34,297 nt of DNA from assembly GCA_963709585.1 (NCBI GenBank), contig CAVPXI010000010.1:1-34297 (forward strand), in the 5' to 3' direction. The number at the start of each line of letters is the position of its first letter. The stretch's first letter is position 1. The translations under genes were made by a program, and so were the position numbers. This DNA comes from Candidatus Dormiibacterota bacterium (lineage in GTDB: Bacteria > Chloroflexota > Dormibacteria > Aeolococcales > Aeolococcaceae). The notes beneath the pieces were generated by a model. It searched no databases. It saw nothing but the letters and a program-made list of their open reading frames with translations, and was not told where the DNA came from. Below are positions 20,354 to 30,830 of the stretch, piece after piece.

Positions 20354-21086
20354 ACGGCGACTGGAACGAGAGCCCGCTCAACACGGTCAGTTGCCCGGTC
20401 GCCATCAGCAGGCCGAAGCCGAAGAGAATCACGCCGGCCACGATGCTGATCACGCGGAGGTGACGGTTGATGCTGCGCAGGGCCCCCTGGAGGCGGTCGG
20501 CGAGCAGCGCGACGAGCAGGAACGGGACCGCCAGCCCAAGGCAGTACAGGATCATGAACGGGAGCCCGCCGTACTCGCGGTTCTGAGCGATCGTGAGGAT
20601 TGCGCCGAGTTGGGGTCCGAGGCAGGGCAGCCATCCAGCCGCGAAAGTGAGCCCGAGGAGCACACCGCCGGCCGCGCCGCTCGAGACACGAAGGTGGAAC
20701 CGCCGCTCCCGCTCCAGCCAGCCGAATCGCAGCACCCCCATCGTCTGGAGCGCCAGCACCATGATGATCGCGCCTGCGATCCGGTTGACCAGCTCGAGGT
20801 TGCGCTGGAAAACGGTGATGGCGAGCACCCCCTCGAGCAGGTAGTACTCGGCGATGAACACCACGCTGAAGCCGACCACGAAGGCGACGCCGGTCACCAT
20901 CGCGGAGCTCCGGTTGGAGGCTGAAACCGTACCGCCCCCTGCTGCGGCCAGAGCGGGCTGGCCCGCGCGTCCGCCCAGGTAGGCGGCGTAGGCGGGCATG
21001 AGCGGGAACACGCAGGGCGAGAGGAAGGACACGAGACCCGCGAGAAACGCGAGCGGAATCGTCGGCCCCGCGGACACCCCGATCAC
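20343..21086 (-). CDS. ccdA: Cytochrome c biogenesis CcdA-family membrane protein
   Basis: AGLVSFLSPCVFPL and WLPCLGP cysteine motifs; hydrophobic. Confidence 0.88.
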   Translation of the reverse strand: MIGVSAGPTIPLAFLAGLVSFLSPCVFPLMPAYAAYLGGRAGQPALAAAGGGTVSASNRSSAMVTGVAFVVGFSVVFIAEYYLLEGVLAITVFQRNLELVNRIAGAIIMVLALQTMGVLRFGWLERERRFHLRVSSGAAGGVLLGLTFAAGWLPCLGPQLGAILTIAQNREYGGLPFMILYCLGLAVPFLLVALLADRLQGALRSINRHLRVISIVAGVILFGFGLLMATGQLTVLSGLSFQSPFNL

Positions 21087-21110
21087 GGCGCTAGCGTAGG
21101 TCGGCGGGTG

Positions 21111-22403
21111 CTAGGGAGGTCCTTCCACGTAATAGCGCTGCCGCCAGCGGATGTAGACATACAGCGCGAGCAGCACGAAGAACACCTCGTAGACGAGCGG
21201 CGTCGGCCAGTGAAAGGCCGCCTGCGCGAACCGCTGGATACTGCTTGCCGGCGGTGAGGTCGCTGCCGGTTTGACGGCCTGGGGAATCGGGGTCGCAGTC
21301 GGCAGCGGTGTGGGGACCGATGAGGGCACCGGTGCTCCCGACGCCTCCGCGACCAGCGGCGGTGGCGCCGGTGCGCTCGTGTCGCTCTCGCGATAGACCT
21401 GGCTGCCGCCGGTCGGAGGGTTCAGCGCCACCACCACCTCGGGGGGCGTGGTGTTGGCGACCGCGATGGCGTCAACGTTCTTGCTGCCGCTCGGGAGCCC
21501 GGCGTCGGCCTTGTGATATGTGAGACCACCGTCGGTCGATCGATAGAAGTCGCCGCCGGTGCTGCCGCCGGCGTCCGCCCCGGCATAGGCGAGGTTGGGG
21601 TCCAGCGGTCCGAACCGGGCGATGCTGAGCGTCAGCGCCTGCGGCGCTCCGGATCCGGCGGTCCAGGTCGCGCCACCGTCGCCGCTCCGGAAGATGCCCT
21701 GCGAGGTCGCCACGATCAGGGGTCGCTTCGGGATCGCCTTGTCGATCTCCCCGGCCGTGATCGACGAGACGACGGCGCCGGCGGGCAACCCCGACTGCAG
21801 AACCTCCCAGGCACCGCCGCCGCTGCTGCTGAAGAGATAGCCGGCCGCGAGCGTTCCGCTGATCGCCCCGTCGGCACCCGCGATCACCGTGAACTGCGGG
21901 TAGTTCGCGGCCACGGCGACCGCCGCGATCGAATACCTGTCCAGGCCGCCGTCGTGCCAGATGAGGCCGTTCGGGCTCAGGGCCACCCCCGCGTCGGTCC
22001 CGGCTGCGATGCCGTCGAGCCCGAACGCGAGCGCCCGGATGTCGAGGTTGCCGAGCCCGTTCGAGGCGTTCGTCCAGGTCGCTCCCGAGTTGGCGCTGGC
22101 GTAGACGCCCTTGCCGTCGGTCCCGGCGAAAGCGTTTGACGGGGTTCGCGCGTCGAAGCCGACGGTCCAGACCCGAAGGCCGCCCAGAGTCCGGATCCAG
22201 GTGGCTCCGGTGTCACGGGAGACGTAGACGCCAGCGTCGGTCCCGGCGAGGATCGTGCTCGGCAGCGATGGTTCGACCGCGACGCTCCAGATCTTTCCCG
22301 ATCCGAGGCCGGTGAGCCGGCCGGTCGCGGCGAAGCCGACCTGGGCCGCCGAGACATGGGCGCTGAGCGCCCCCCATCCCATGAGCAGCGAAACGCCGAG
22401 CAT
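21111..22403 (-). CDS. Exported BNR/Asp-box beta-propeller protein with C-terminal membrane anchor (start uncertain, possibly further upstream)
   Basis: Repeats SRDTGATW, SANSGATW, SGDGGATW, STDGGLTY; signal-like N-terminus; Pro-rich linker and TM helix. Confidence 0.75.
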   Translation of the reverse strand: MLGVSLLMGWGALSAHVSAAQVGFAATGRLTGLGSGKIWSVAVEPSLPSTILAGTDAGVYVSRDTGATWIRTLGGLRVWTVGFDARTPSNAFAGTDGKGVYASANSGATWTNASNGLGNLDIRALAFGLDGIAAGTDAGVALSPNGLIWHDGGLDRYSIAAVAVAANYPQFTVIAGADGAISGTLAAGYLFSSSGGGAWEVLQSGLPAGAVVSSITAGEIDKAIPKRPLIVATSQGIFRSGDGGATWTAGSGAPQALTLSIARFGPLDPNLAYAGADAGGSTGGDFYRSTDGGLTYHKADAGLPSGSKNVDAIAVANTTPPEVVVALNPPTGGSQVYRESDTSAPAPPPLVAEASGAPVPSSVPTPLPTATPIPQAVKPAATSPPASSIQRFAQAAFHWPTPLVYEVFFVLLALYVYIRWRQRYYVEGPP

Positions 22404-22615
22404 GACGGCGCCCAGCGACCGCCGTCGCCGGCGTGCCGGCGGCTTGGCGGGCGGACGTGAGCGGGCGGGGTGGTGAGTTCTCAGTGCAGGGCGCTTGAGT
22501 AGGTCGAGGTGGGAGGGCGGCGCCGCGAGGTCTCGCGCCGCAATCGGGGAGACCGCCCAAGAATACCCCGCGTTCGGGGTTTCGCGACCGCCCCGTCGCG
22601 GTATCTGCGAACCAG

Positions 22616-23575
22616 ATGCCAACCGCTTTCAAGGACTACTACGCGATCCTGGGCGTTCCGCGGACGGCCACCGAGAAGGAGATCCGCACCGCCTTCCGGA
22701 AGCTTGCCCGCAAGCATCACCCCGACGTTAACCAGGGCGACAAGGCCGCCGAGGATCGGTTCAAGGAGATCAACGAGGCCAATGAGGTGCTCAGCGATCC
22801 GGAAAAGCGGAAGAAATACGACGAGCTCGGGCCGCGCTGGCAGGAGTACGAGCAGTGGGAGCGCGCCGGACAGCCGGGGCCCAATCCGTTCCAGGGCAAC
22901 GAGCACTTCGGCTATCGGACGGTCTCGCCGGACGAGCTCGAGGGCATGTTCGGCGACCGCGCCCCGTTCAGCGACTTCTTCCAGCAGTTCTTCGGCGGCG
23001 CCGAGGCACCCGAGGGCTTCGGCACGGGGCGCTCGCGACGCCGGGTCGCTCGCCGGGGCCAGGACGTCGAAGGCGACGCGGAGATCCGCCTGGAGGACGC
23101 CTACTCCGGGTCGGCGCTCACGGTCGACCTGAGCTCGACCGATGGTCCGCGCCGGGTCGAGGTGAAGATTCCCGCAGGGATCCACGAGGGTGCCCGGGTA
23201 CGGGCATCGGGTCAGGGCGGCGCGGGCAGGGGAGGCGGACCGCGCGGCGACCTCTTCATTCGCGTTCACATCCGACCGCACCCGATTTTCACCCGCTCCG
23301 GCGACGATCTCAGCGTCCGCGTGCAGACACCGCTGGCCACAGCGATCGCGGGCGGCACGGTGGCAGTCCCGACGCTTCGGGGCACGACCGCTCAGCTGTC
23401 GATCCCGCCGGGAACGCAGAACGGCGCCCGGCTGCGCCTTCGCGGGCTCGGGATGCCGCACCTCAAAGGCGACGGGGCCGGCGATCTCCTCGCCACCGTC
23501 GACGTGCGCCTGCCGCACCCGACGCCCGAGGCGTTGCTCGCCTGGGCTCAGTCAGAGCAGACGCCCCCGGGCTGA
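22616..23575 (+). CDS. Class B J-domain chaperone (DnaJ/CbpA-like, no Zn finger)
   Basis: KDYYAILGV...HHPD, FSDFF, DnaJ_C LRLRGLGMP. Confidence 0.93.
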   Translation: MPTAFKDYYAILGVPRTATEKEIRTAFRKLARKHHPDVNQGDKAAEDRFKEINEANEVLSDPEKRKKYDELGPRWQEYEQWERAGQPGPNPFQGNEHFGYRTVSPDELEGMFGDRAPFSDFFQQFFGGAEAPEGFGTGRSRRRVARRGQDVEGDAEIRLEDAYSGSALTVDLSSTDGPRRVEVKIPAGIHEGARVRASGQGGAGRGGGPRGDLFIRVHIRPHPIFTRSGDDLSVRVQTPLATAIAGGTVAVPTLRGTTAQLSIPPGTQNGARLRLRGLGMPHLKGDGAGDLLATVDVRLPHPTPEALLAWAQSEQTPPG

Positions 23576-23581
23576 CGCGCT

Positions 23582-25240
23582 CTACGAGACCGTGAGGATG
23601 TGCTCGCGGATACTCCGTCTGATCGTGCAGACGTCGCCTTCGCACGTTGATGCGATCACGTCCACGGCGAGCACGCCGCTGCCGGGGCCGCCCAGACGCA
23701 ACTCGAGGGTCACGGGGAGTGCGTCCAGTGCCCACGATCGCGGCCCTGCTCCGAGCAGCGTCTCCGGATCGGCGCTCACGCTGACGCGCACGGGCGGCCC
23801 CTGCCGGAGGTCGAGGATCGAGCCGTCGAGGTCGACGTCCGCGCTGATCACCAGCCCGGCACCCGCGAGCCCCGAGAGTTCCGTCCCCCCTGGCTGCGCG
23901 GACTCTCGACCGTCGCGGATCTTGACCTCGGTCACCGCGCCGGTGTTCGCGTCGACGGTGACCACGCGGTGATGGTTCGTGTCCGCGACGACCAGGCGTC
24001 CATCCGGCAGGACGTCGAGGCCCCCGGGCTCGTCCAGGGGCTCGCTCAGCGGTACGGTCCGCAGCGCGCCGTCGCGCCAGACCCGAAGCAGCGAGTTGAA
24101 CGTGTCCGCGATGGCTATCGACTCGTCGGGGAGCGCCGCGACCCCGAGCGGATGCTGCAGCCTCGCGGTCGTTCGATCGCCGTCGTCGGTCCCCCAGTCG
24201 AAAAGGCCGGTGCCGACCAGCGTCTCCACCCTGCCGTTGCTCAGAACCCGGAGCGCCGAGACTTCGGAGTCCGCAAAGGCGATGCCGCCATTCGCAATCG
24301 TGGTCAGCCCGCTCGGCTGAGCGAGATGGGCGTCGCGTGCCGGTCCGTCCCGCAGCCCCTCGGCGCGGCTTCCGGCCAGGATCTCCGCCGGTCCGCCGTC
24401 GGGAGCGACGGCGACGATCCTGTGCAAGCCGGCCTCGGCGATCGCGATCCTTCGGTCGTCGAGCACGAGCGCGTCCCACGGCGACCGAAGGCCGGACGCG
24501 AGCACCCGCCGCTCGCCACCGGGCAGGGTGATCGCCAGCAGGTCTCCGGTAACGGTGTCGCAGACCAGCAGTCGGTCGGCGTCGAAGCGCACTCCCTGCG
24601 GCTGGTGGAAGCCTACGAACTCGAGGCGGACGCTCCCGTCGAGGTCGCAGACGAGGACACGGTCGTTGCCGGTGTCCGCGATCGCGATCCGGTTCCCGCC
24701 GTCCGAGGCGATCTTGCCTGGGAAGGACAGGGTGTGCTCCCCCCGCACAGAAACCGGCGCGAACGCAGGACCGGCCGCCAGGTCGCGCCTGCCCTCCAGG
24801 AGCTGGGCGACGGCACCCTCGAGCGCCGGACCGTTCCCCTCGCCGGATGCCATCGCTGCCACGTAGCCGTCGGGGTCGATCACGACCAGCGTCGGCCAGG
24901 CGCGCACGCCGTACTGCTGCCACGTCTCCAGCTCCGGGTCGTCCAGCACCGGATGGGTGACGCGATGGCGGGCCACCGCTCGCGCGACCGCGGCGTGATC
25001 GGACTCGTGCGGGAACTTCGGTGAGTGCACGCCGATCACCACGAGACGATCCCCAAAACGCTCCTCGAGGGGTCGCAGCTCCTCGATGACGCGCAGGCAG
25101 TTGATGCAGCAGAAGGTCCAGAAATCCAGCAGCACGACACGCCCTCGCAGGTCGCGCAACGCGAGTGGATGGTCGGTGTTGATCCACCCGCCGGCGCCGC
25201 GAAGCTCCGGTGCGCGGACGCGTCCGAGCGTGGTTGTCAT
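23582..25240 (-). CDS. Thioredoxin-like + NHL-repeat protein (NHLRC2-like)
   Basis: DFWTFCCINC, GVHSPKF, NHL repeats (IADTGNDRV, LAQPSG, LQHPLG, VADTNHHRV). Confidence 0.9.
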   Translation of the reverse strand: MTTTLGRVRAPELRGAGGWINTDHPLALRDLRGRVVLLDFWTFCCINCLRVIEELRPLEERFGDRLVVIGVHSPKFPHESDHAAVARAVARHRVTHPVLDDPELETWQQYGVRAWPTLVVIDPDGYVAAMASGEGNGPALEGAVAQLLEGRRDLAAGPAFAPVSVRGEHTLSFPGKIASDGGNRIAIADTGNDRVLVCDLDGSVRLEFVGFHQPQGVRFDADRLLVCDTVTGDLLAITLPGGERRVLASGLRSPWDALVLDDRRIAIAEAGLHRIVAVAPDGGPAEILAGSRAEGLRDGPARDAHLAQPSGLTTIANGGIAFADSEVSALRVLSNGRVETLVGTGLFDWGTDDGDRTTARLQHPLGVAALPDESIAIADTFNSLLRVWRDGALRTVPLSEPLDEPGGLDVLPDGRLVVADTNHHRVVTVDANTGAVTEVKIRDGRESAQPGGTELSGLAGAGLVISADVDLDGSILDLRQGPPVRVSVSADPETLLGAGPRSWALDALPVTLELRLGGPGSGVLAVDVIASTCEGDVCTIRRSIREHILTVS

Positions 25241-25306
25241 GCGTCCTCATCATGCCGCGCCACGGGCATCGGGCCGCCTGATCGGGGGCGGGCGTCTCAG
25301 GACGCT

Positions 25307-25315
25307 TGGTATAAT
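25307..25315 (+). promoter_or_regulatory. Extended -10 promoter (TGgTATAAT) with no downstream gene
   Basis: Perfect TATAAT at 25310-25315 preceded by TG-N in a GC-rich intergenic region. Confidence 0.65.
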
Positions 25316-25321
25316 CGCTTC

Positions 25322-25448
25322 AGAGGTAGGTTGGTGCACCGGCCAACAGCACTGGGGTAGCGCTGACCGGCCGTCCACATTCGTTTGAAACTCTCCCTAT
25401 CCCTTCCTGACCGGCAGGGGGTGGCACTCCGCCCCCTGCCACTTTTCT
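25322..25448 (+). ncRNA. Candidate small RNA (~125 nt)
   Basis: Between a consensus promoter and an intrinsic terminator; two 5' hairpins and a C/U-rich single-stranded tract. Confidence 0.5.
25413..25448 (+). terminator. Intrinsic terminator (may also serve the convergent purA)
   Basis: GGCAGGGGGTGG-CACT-CCGCCCCCTGCC 12-bp stem (one G-U) followed by ACTTTTCT. Confidence 0.75.
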
Positions 25449-25454
25449 CGACGG

Positions 25455-26813
<1,359 letters not shown>

Positions 26814-26855
26814 TCAGCGTCGGAATGTTGGAACCCGGCAGGAACGAGAGAGAAC

Positions 26856-27041
26856 ATGGCAGACCAGACCCCGTTGACCGAGTTGACCGCCCAGCTTCCC
26901 CCCGACTGGAAATGGGCCGCACTGTTCAATGTCCCCGAGGGATTCGAGCGCGAGTGGCGCGCGTGGCTCGGTGCGGCGGCGCACGAGGAAGAGCTTTCCC
27001 TGCTGCGCTGGTGGGGTCAGCGGGCCGACAAGGCCGCCTGA
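26856..27041 (+). CDS. Small Trp-rich hypothetical protein (61 aa)
   Basis: Purine-rich leader GAGAGAGAAC before ATG, genome-like codon use, divergent from purA. Confidence 0.5.
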   Translation: MADQTPLTELTAQLPPDWKWAALFNVPEGFEREWRAWLGAAAHEEELSLLRWWGQRADKAA

Positions 27042-27223
27042 CCGTTCTCAGGTTGGACGTGCCCCGCTGAGGTGCGGCCGGGCCAAGGCGCGGCGCAGAT
27101 GCCTTTGTGAGGCTTTCGGCGTCTGGGTAGCCTGTCGGGTCGCGCGCGTCCGTTGGACGCTTGATGGGCAGCGCTCCCACCGTGTACCGCGGCCGACGCG
27201 TGCTCGCGTCGCGCTGCCCGCAA

Positions 27224-27242
27224 CGAACACTTGTTCTATAAT
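27224..27242 (+). promoter_or_regulatory. Gram-positive-type LexA (SOS) box abutting a TATAAT -10
   Basis: CGAAC-ACTT-GTTCT (GAAC-N4-GTTC, 27225-27236), TATAAT 27237-27242, GTG start at 27249. Confidence 0.75.
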
Positions 27243-27248
27243 ACTGAG

Positions 27249-28353
27249 GTGTGTGATGGCGCGGGCAACATGAAGTCGCTGCGTAGCCTCATGGATGCGA
27301 TCGGACAGTTCGTGGCCCAGCCGGGTGCGGCCTCGCCCCCCGAACTCGGGGAGCGTCTGATCGAGCTCCGCCATGGGATCGATCTCCTCGAACTCCGCTT
27401 CGCGCGTGAGGCGGCCGCCTTCGCTACGACTGACGAGTACGAGATCCAGGGGCCGACATCGCCGATCGACTGGGTGCTTCACCAGTGCTCCATGTCGATC
27501 GGGGCAGCCGCACGCGCGGTCGCCACCGGCGAGGCCGCCGAGCGGCTGCCGGCGAGTGTCGCTGCGCTCCAGGCGGGGCGGATCGGCTTCGCCCACCTTG
27601 GCCTGATCGCCGGGACCGAGCGGGCGGTGACCGGCGGCCGTGGCTTCGACGAGCGCCCGCTGCTGAAACTCGCCCCCGAGCACTCGGTGAGCCGGTTCGC
27701 CAACGACTGCACCCACGCCCGCCACGTCGCTGACGCCACCGCGGTGCTCGCCGAGCACGTCGGCCTGGTCGAGTCCCGGCGGCTCGAGCTCACCCGCTGT
27801 GAAGACGGTCGGATCGTCGTTCGCGGGCTGCTCGACCCGGTGGGTGGGGCCACATTGCGGGTCGCGCTCGCCCCGCTGACCAAGCGCAACGGCGCGGGCG
27901 ACGACCGCTCCCGCGAGCGCCGGTATGCCGACGCACTCGTCGAGCTCGCCCATCACGCGCTGGATCACGGGTTCATCACCGAGCGGGGCACCGCCCGACC
28001 CCATCTGCAGCTCACCGCGTCGGCCGAGACCGTGATGGGACTGCGCGGAGCTCCCGGCGGTGATCTCGAATTCGCCGGGGCGGTGCCGGCCGCCACCGCA
28101 GCGCCTCGCCTGCGACGCGAGCATCCGCCGGGTGCTGCTCGGCCCGGACTCGGCGGTGATCGATGTCGGCCGGGCGCTGCGGGTGCCCTCCGCGCCCGCC
28201 CGGGCCGCGCTCCGAGTGCGCGACCAGGGGTGGGTGTGGCCGGGATGCGATCGGCCCTCGTCGTGGACCAATGCGCATCACGTCTTCCACTCGGGCCACG
28301 GCGGGGTCACCGAGGTGCCAAACCTGGTGCTGCTCTGCCTACGCCGTGTTTGA
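27249..28353 (+). pseudogene. DUF222 + HNH endonuclease (REP13E12-like); frameshifted near 28100, HNH degenerate
   Basis: GLLDPVGGA, DDRSRERRYADALVEL, RPHL, QRLACDA...RDQGWVWPGCDRP...AHH...NLVLLC. First Cys is Trp and the terminal His residues are lost. Confidence 0.8.
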
Positions 28354-28455
28354 CTGTTCGCTTGTTCGAGGTCTCCACCTTAAGAACCCTGAGTGCGGTG
28401 TGCCCGCTGTGGAGAGCGGCGCCGACCCAAGCCGGGTGAAGATTAGGATTCCGTC

Positions 28456-29223
28456 GTGCTTCCGTATGACGAGGCCGGGTCCGGAGAGGTCGTCCTGCTC
28501 ATCCACGCCGGTGTGGCGGATCGCTCGATGTGGGGCGAGCACCTTGACTGGCTGGCGGAAGCCGGGTTTCGGGCGGTAGCCGTCGACCTTCCCGGCTTCG
28601 GTGAGGCGGTGATAGAAGACGGACTGCAGGCGCCGTGGGCCGATGTTCTGCAGACGCTGAGGGGGCTCGATGTCGCATGTGCAGCTTTCGTCGGTAACTC
28701 GCTCGGCGCTGCAGTGGCACTGCGGGCGGCTGCCGTCGAGCCAGCGGCGGTCTCCGCCCTGGTGCTCATCTCCCCACCGCCGCTGGTAGCGAATCCGTCG
28801 CCGGCGCTGCGTTCGGCGTGGGACGCTGAAAACACGGCTCTGGAGGACGGCGACATCGATGGGGCGGTGGCCGCGGTGGTCGCGGCCTGGACCCAGCCAA
28901 ACGCGCCCGAGGCGCTCCGCGAACGGGTCGCGACGATGCAGCGTCGTGCTTTTGAACTGCAGGCTGCCGCGGGAGAGATCCAGGAGGCGCCGGATCCGCT
29001 CGAACAACACCCAGAGGTACTGGCGGAACTACAGATCGCCGCTTTAGTGGCGGCGGGAGAGGACGACATGGTGGACTTCCGGGATGCCGCCGAGCAGCTA
29101 GCAGAAGTTCTGCCACTGGCGCGGCATGCCGTGATCAGGGGCGCTGGTCACCTCGCTCCGCTCGAAGCTCCAGGCGAATTCAAACGGCTCTTACTCGACT
29201 TCCTGCGTAACCGAGCGACCTGA
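28456..29223 (+). CDS. Alpha/beta fold hydrolase
   Basis: LLIHAG, DLPGFG, GNSLG nucleophile elbow, GEDD, GAGHL. Confidence 0.9.
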   Translation: MLPYDEAGSGEVVLLIHAGVADRSMWGEHLDWLAEAGFRAVAVDLPGFGEAVIEDGLQAPWADVLQTLRGLDVACAAFVGNSLGAAVALRAAAVEPAAVSALVLISPPPLVANPSPALRSAWDAENTALEDGDIDGAVAAVVAAWTQPNAPEALRERVATMQRRAFELQAAAGEIQEAPDPLEQHPEVLAELQIAALVAAGEDDMVDFRDAAEQLAEVLPLARHAVIRGAGHLAPLEAPGEFKRLLLDFLRNRAT

Positions 29224-29495
29224 CAAGGCGCCTTGCGGAGGGATCGACACACTCGGAGTTCTCCCTCGAAGCTCTCCGTCCGGTGCTGAGAGATGTGATC
29301 TTGGGTGGGGTGTCGACCACCTTGATCGGAATCGTTCATCCGTGCATTGGCGCCAACGCGCGTCACCAAATGGCGGTACGGCGCTCGCGGGATAGACAGC
29401 CGGTATGCGCTCGTCGAACTCGCGGCGGCGGCGTCAACCGCAGGTGAAGCGCCAACCCTGACCTCTCAGTCTGCCTCAACGTACATTTGCGGATT

Positions 29496-29564
29496 GACGG
29501 GCACCACATCATCCACTGGTCGGACGGCGGTCCCACCGAGGTCGACAACCTCGTCAATCGTTAG
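29496..29564 (+). pseudogene. Isolated HNH-motif remnant
   Basis: Translates DGHHIIHWSDGGPTEVDNLVNR*, the core of DUF222-type HNH domains. Confidence 0.7.
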
Positions 29565-29665
29565 GACGACCCCCTCGACAGTCGCCATGCGAGATCAGCG
29601 TCGGCTGAGCGACCATGTTCGGTCTCGGTTCGCCTCACTATCAACCAACTAGGCTGTCCGGGGGA

Positions 29666-29820
29666 TCAGCAGAGAAACCTCATCACCGGCCGCGTGGGGT
29701 AGGTGCGTGCAACCTCGGTGAACCCCGCGGCGGAGAACATGGCCACGGTGCCGGTGTAGATCGCGGCCCCTCCGACCCGGGTGGTGCGCAGGGCGGCCAC
29801 GTCGACTGGATGACCCCTCG
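29666..29820 (-). pseudogene. C-terminal remnant of a GNAT acetyltransferase
   Basis: GHPVD...IYTGTVAMFSAAGFTEVARTYPTRPVMR; upstream sequence not protein-like. Confidence 0.6.
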
Positions 29821-29943
29821 ACGGCTGTCGCCCCGTGCTCACGGGCGAACTCGACCGCCGACCTGAGTAGCGCTCACAAGGACCAGCCGGTCGGCTGTCG
29901 GACCCGGCGCCGGTACGGTCATCCAGGGTCCTGGGAGACCAAC

Positions 29944-30177
29944 GTGCACAAGCACGAGGGAACCTTTGCCGTGGGGCAAGAGATATCCGAGCGTCACCCC
30001 GAGCTTGCGGGTCAGCGGGGCGACTTCGCGTCGGGCATCGAGCGAGCGCGGTACATCCAGCAGGGGACATTCGCCGCGGGTCAGGAGCACGCGGACCCGC
30101 ATCCCGAATTGATCGAGAACCGGCTCGGCTTTGCAGCCGGCCAGAGGACTATCAGGTTCATACCGTCGTACCGGTAG
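29944..30177 (+). CDS. Small protein with four FAxG(Q/I) repeats
   Basis: GGAG RBS before GTG; repeats GTFAVGQE, GDFASGIE, GTFAAGQE, LGFAAGQR, and two HPEL motifs. Confidence 0.65.
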   Translation: MHKHEGTFAVGQEISERHPELAGQRGDFASGIERARYIQQGTFAAGQEHADPHPELIENRLGFAAGQRTIRFIPSYR

Positions 30178-30484
30178 CTTCTCGAGTTCAGGGCCTGCGG
30201 CCTATCGCGACACTCGGACCACCCAGAGTGGTGATGACATTGCCCCGGTCCCGGCCGGTTCTAGGGTAGTTCGCGCCTTAGACTCAAGTGTGTTAATGGC
30301 ACGCTAGGGTGCTCTGCCATCTTGTCCCCGAGATTCCAGCTCGGGCCAGGTTCCTCTTGTCGATCCAATCGGCCGAAACTTAGTCGGGCTGGTCAGGTCG
30401 ATGCCGTCGGGCACGACCTTCGCCCCGGGATCCCTGGGCAGCCCGGTGCCCCCCGATCGCCGACATTCGTCGGCCCGGCCACGC

Positions 30485-30775
30485 TCACGCCTGGCCGGGT
30501 GGCGAAGGCCCGCCGGCCAGCAGCCGGTCGAGTTCGTCGCCCGCCTCGCCGCATCCAGCGTCTACGAGCCGCTGCAGCTCGAGCAGGTCGCCGTTGGTCA
30601 CCGCGCGAGCGGTCAGCAGGTGCCCCGCACGCAGGCAGCCTTCATCCAGCAGATCGTTCAGCTCCTCGAGGTCCCCGCGCTGATCCGCGAGGTCGGCCAA
30701 CCGGTCCAGGGCCATCTCGTTTCCCTCGTCGGCGAGTGCTCGCAGGGTGTCTCGATCGGCGTTGATGTTCGTCAT
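30485..30775 (-). CDS. Small acidic helical-repeat protein, probable MerR target
   Basis: LRALADEG / LNDLLDEG / LQRLVDAG repeats; directly downstream of a MerR-type promoter. Confidence 0.7.
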   Translation of the reverse strand: MTNINADRDTLRALADEGNEMALDRLADLADQRGDLEELNDLLDEGCLRAGHLLTARAVTNGDLLELQRLVDAGCGEAGDELDRLLAGGPSPPGQA

Positions 30776-30782
30776 GCCTCCT

Positions 30783-30814
30783 ATGGTGCGACCTTGCCCT
30801 CGGGGCAAGGTCAA
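30783..30814 (-). promoter_or_regulatory. MerR-type promoter/operator
   Basis: Minus strand TTGACC-N20-CACCAT enclosing the palindrome GACCTTGCCC-TCG-GGGCAAGGTC (30790-30812). Confidence 0.8.
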
Positions 30815-30830
30815 GTGCGACCATCGGGTC

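Noticed and set aside
22494-22514. HspR HAIR operator upstream of the dnaJ-like gene
   Set aside because: Only the CTTGAGT half-site is present; the ACTCAAG half is missing.
29473-29567. Second attC-like site (CCTCAAC...GTTAGGA with GATTGACG/CGTCAATC)
   Set aside because: The ends do not fit RYYYAAC/GTTRRRY, and the interior is explained as HNH coding remnant.
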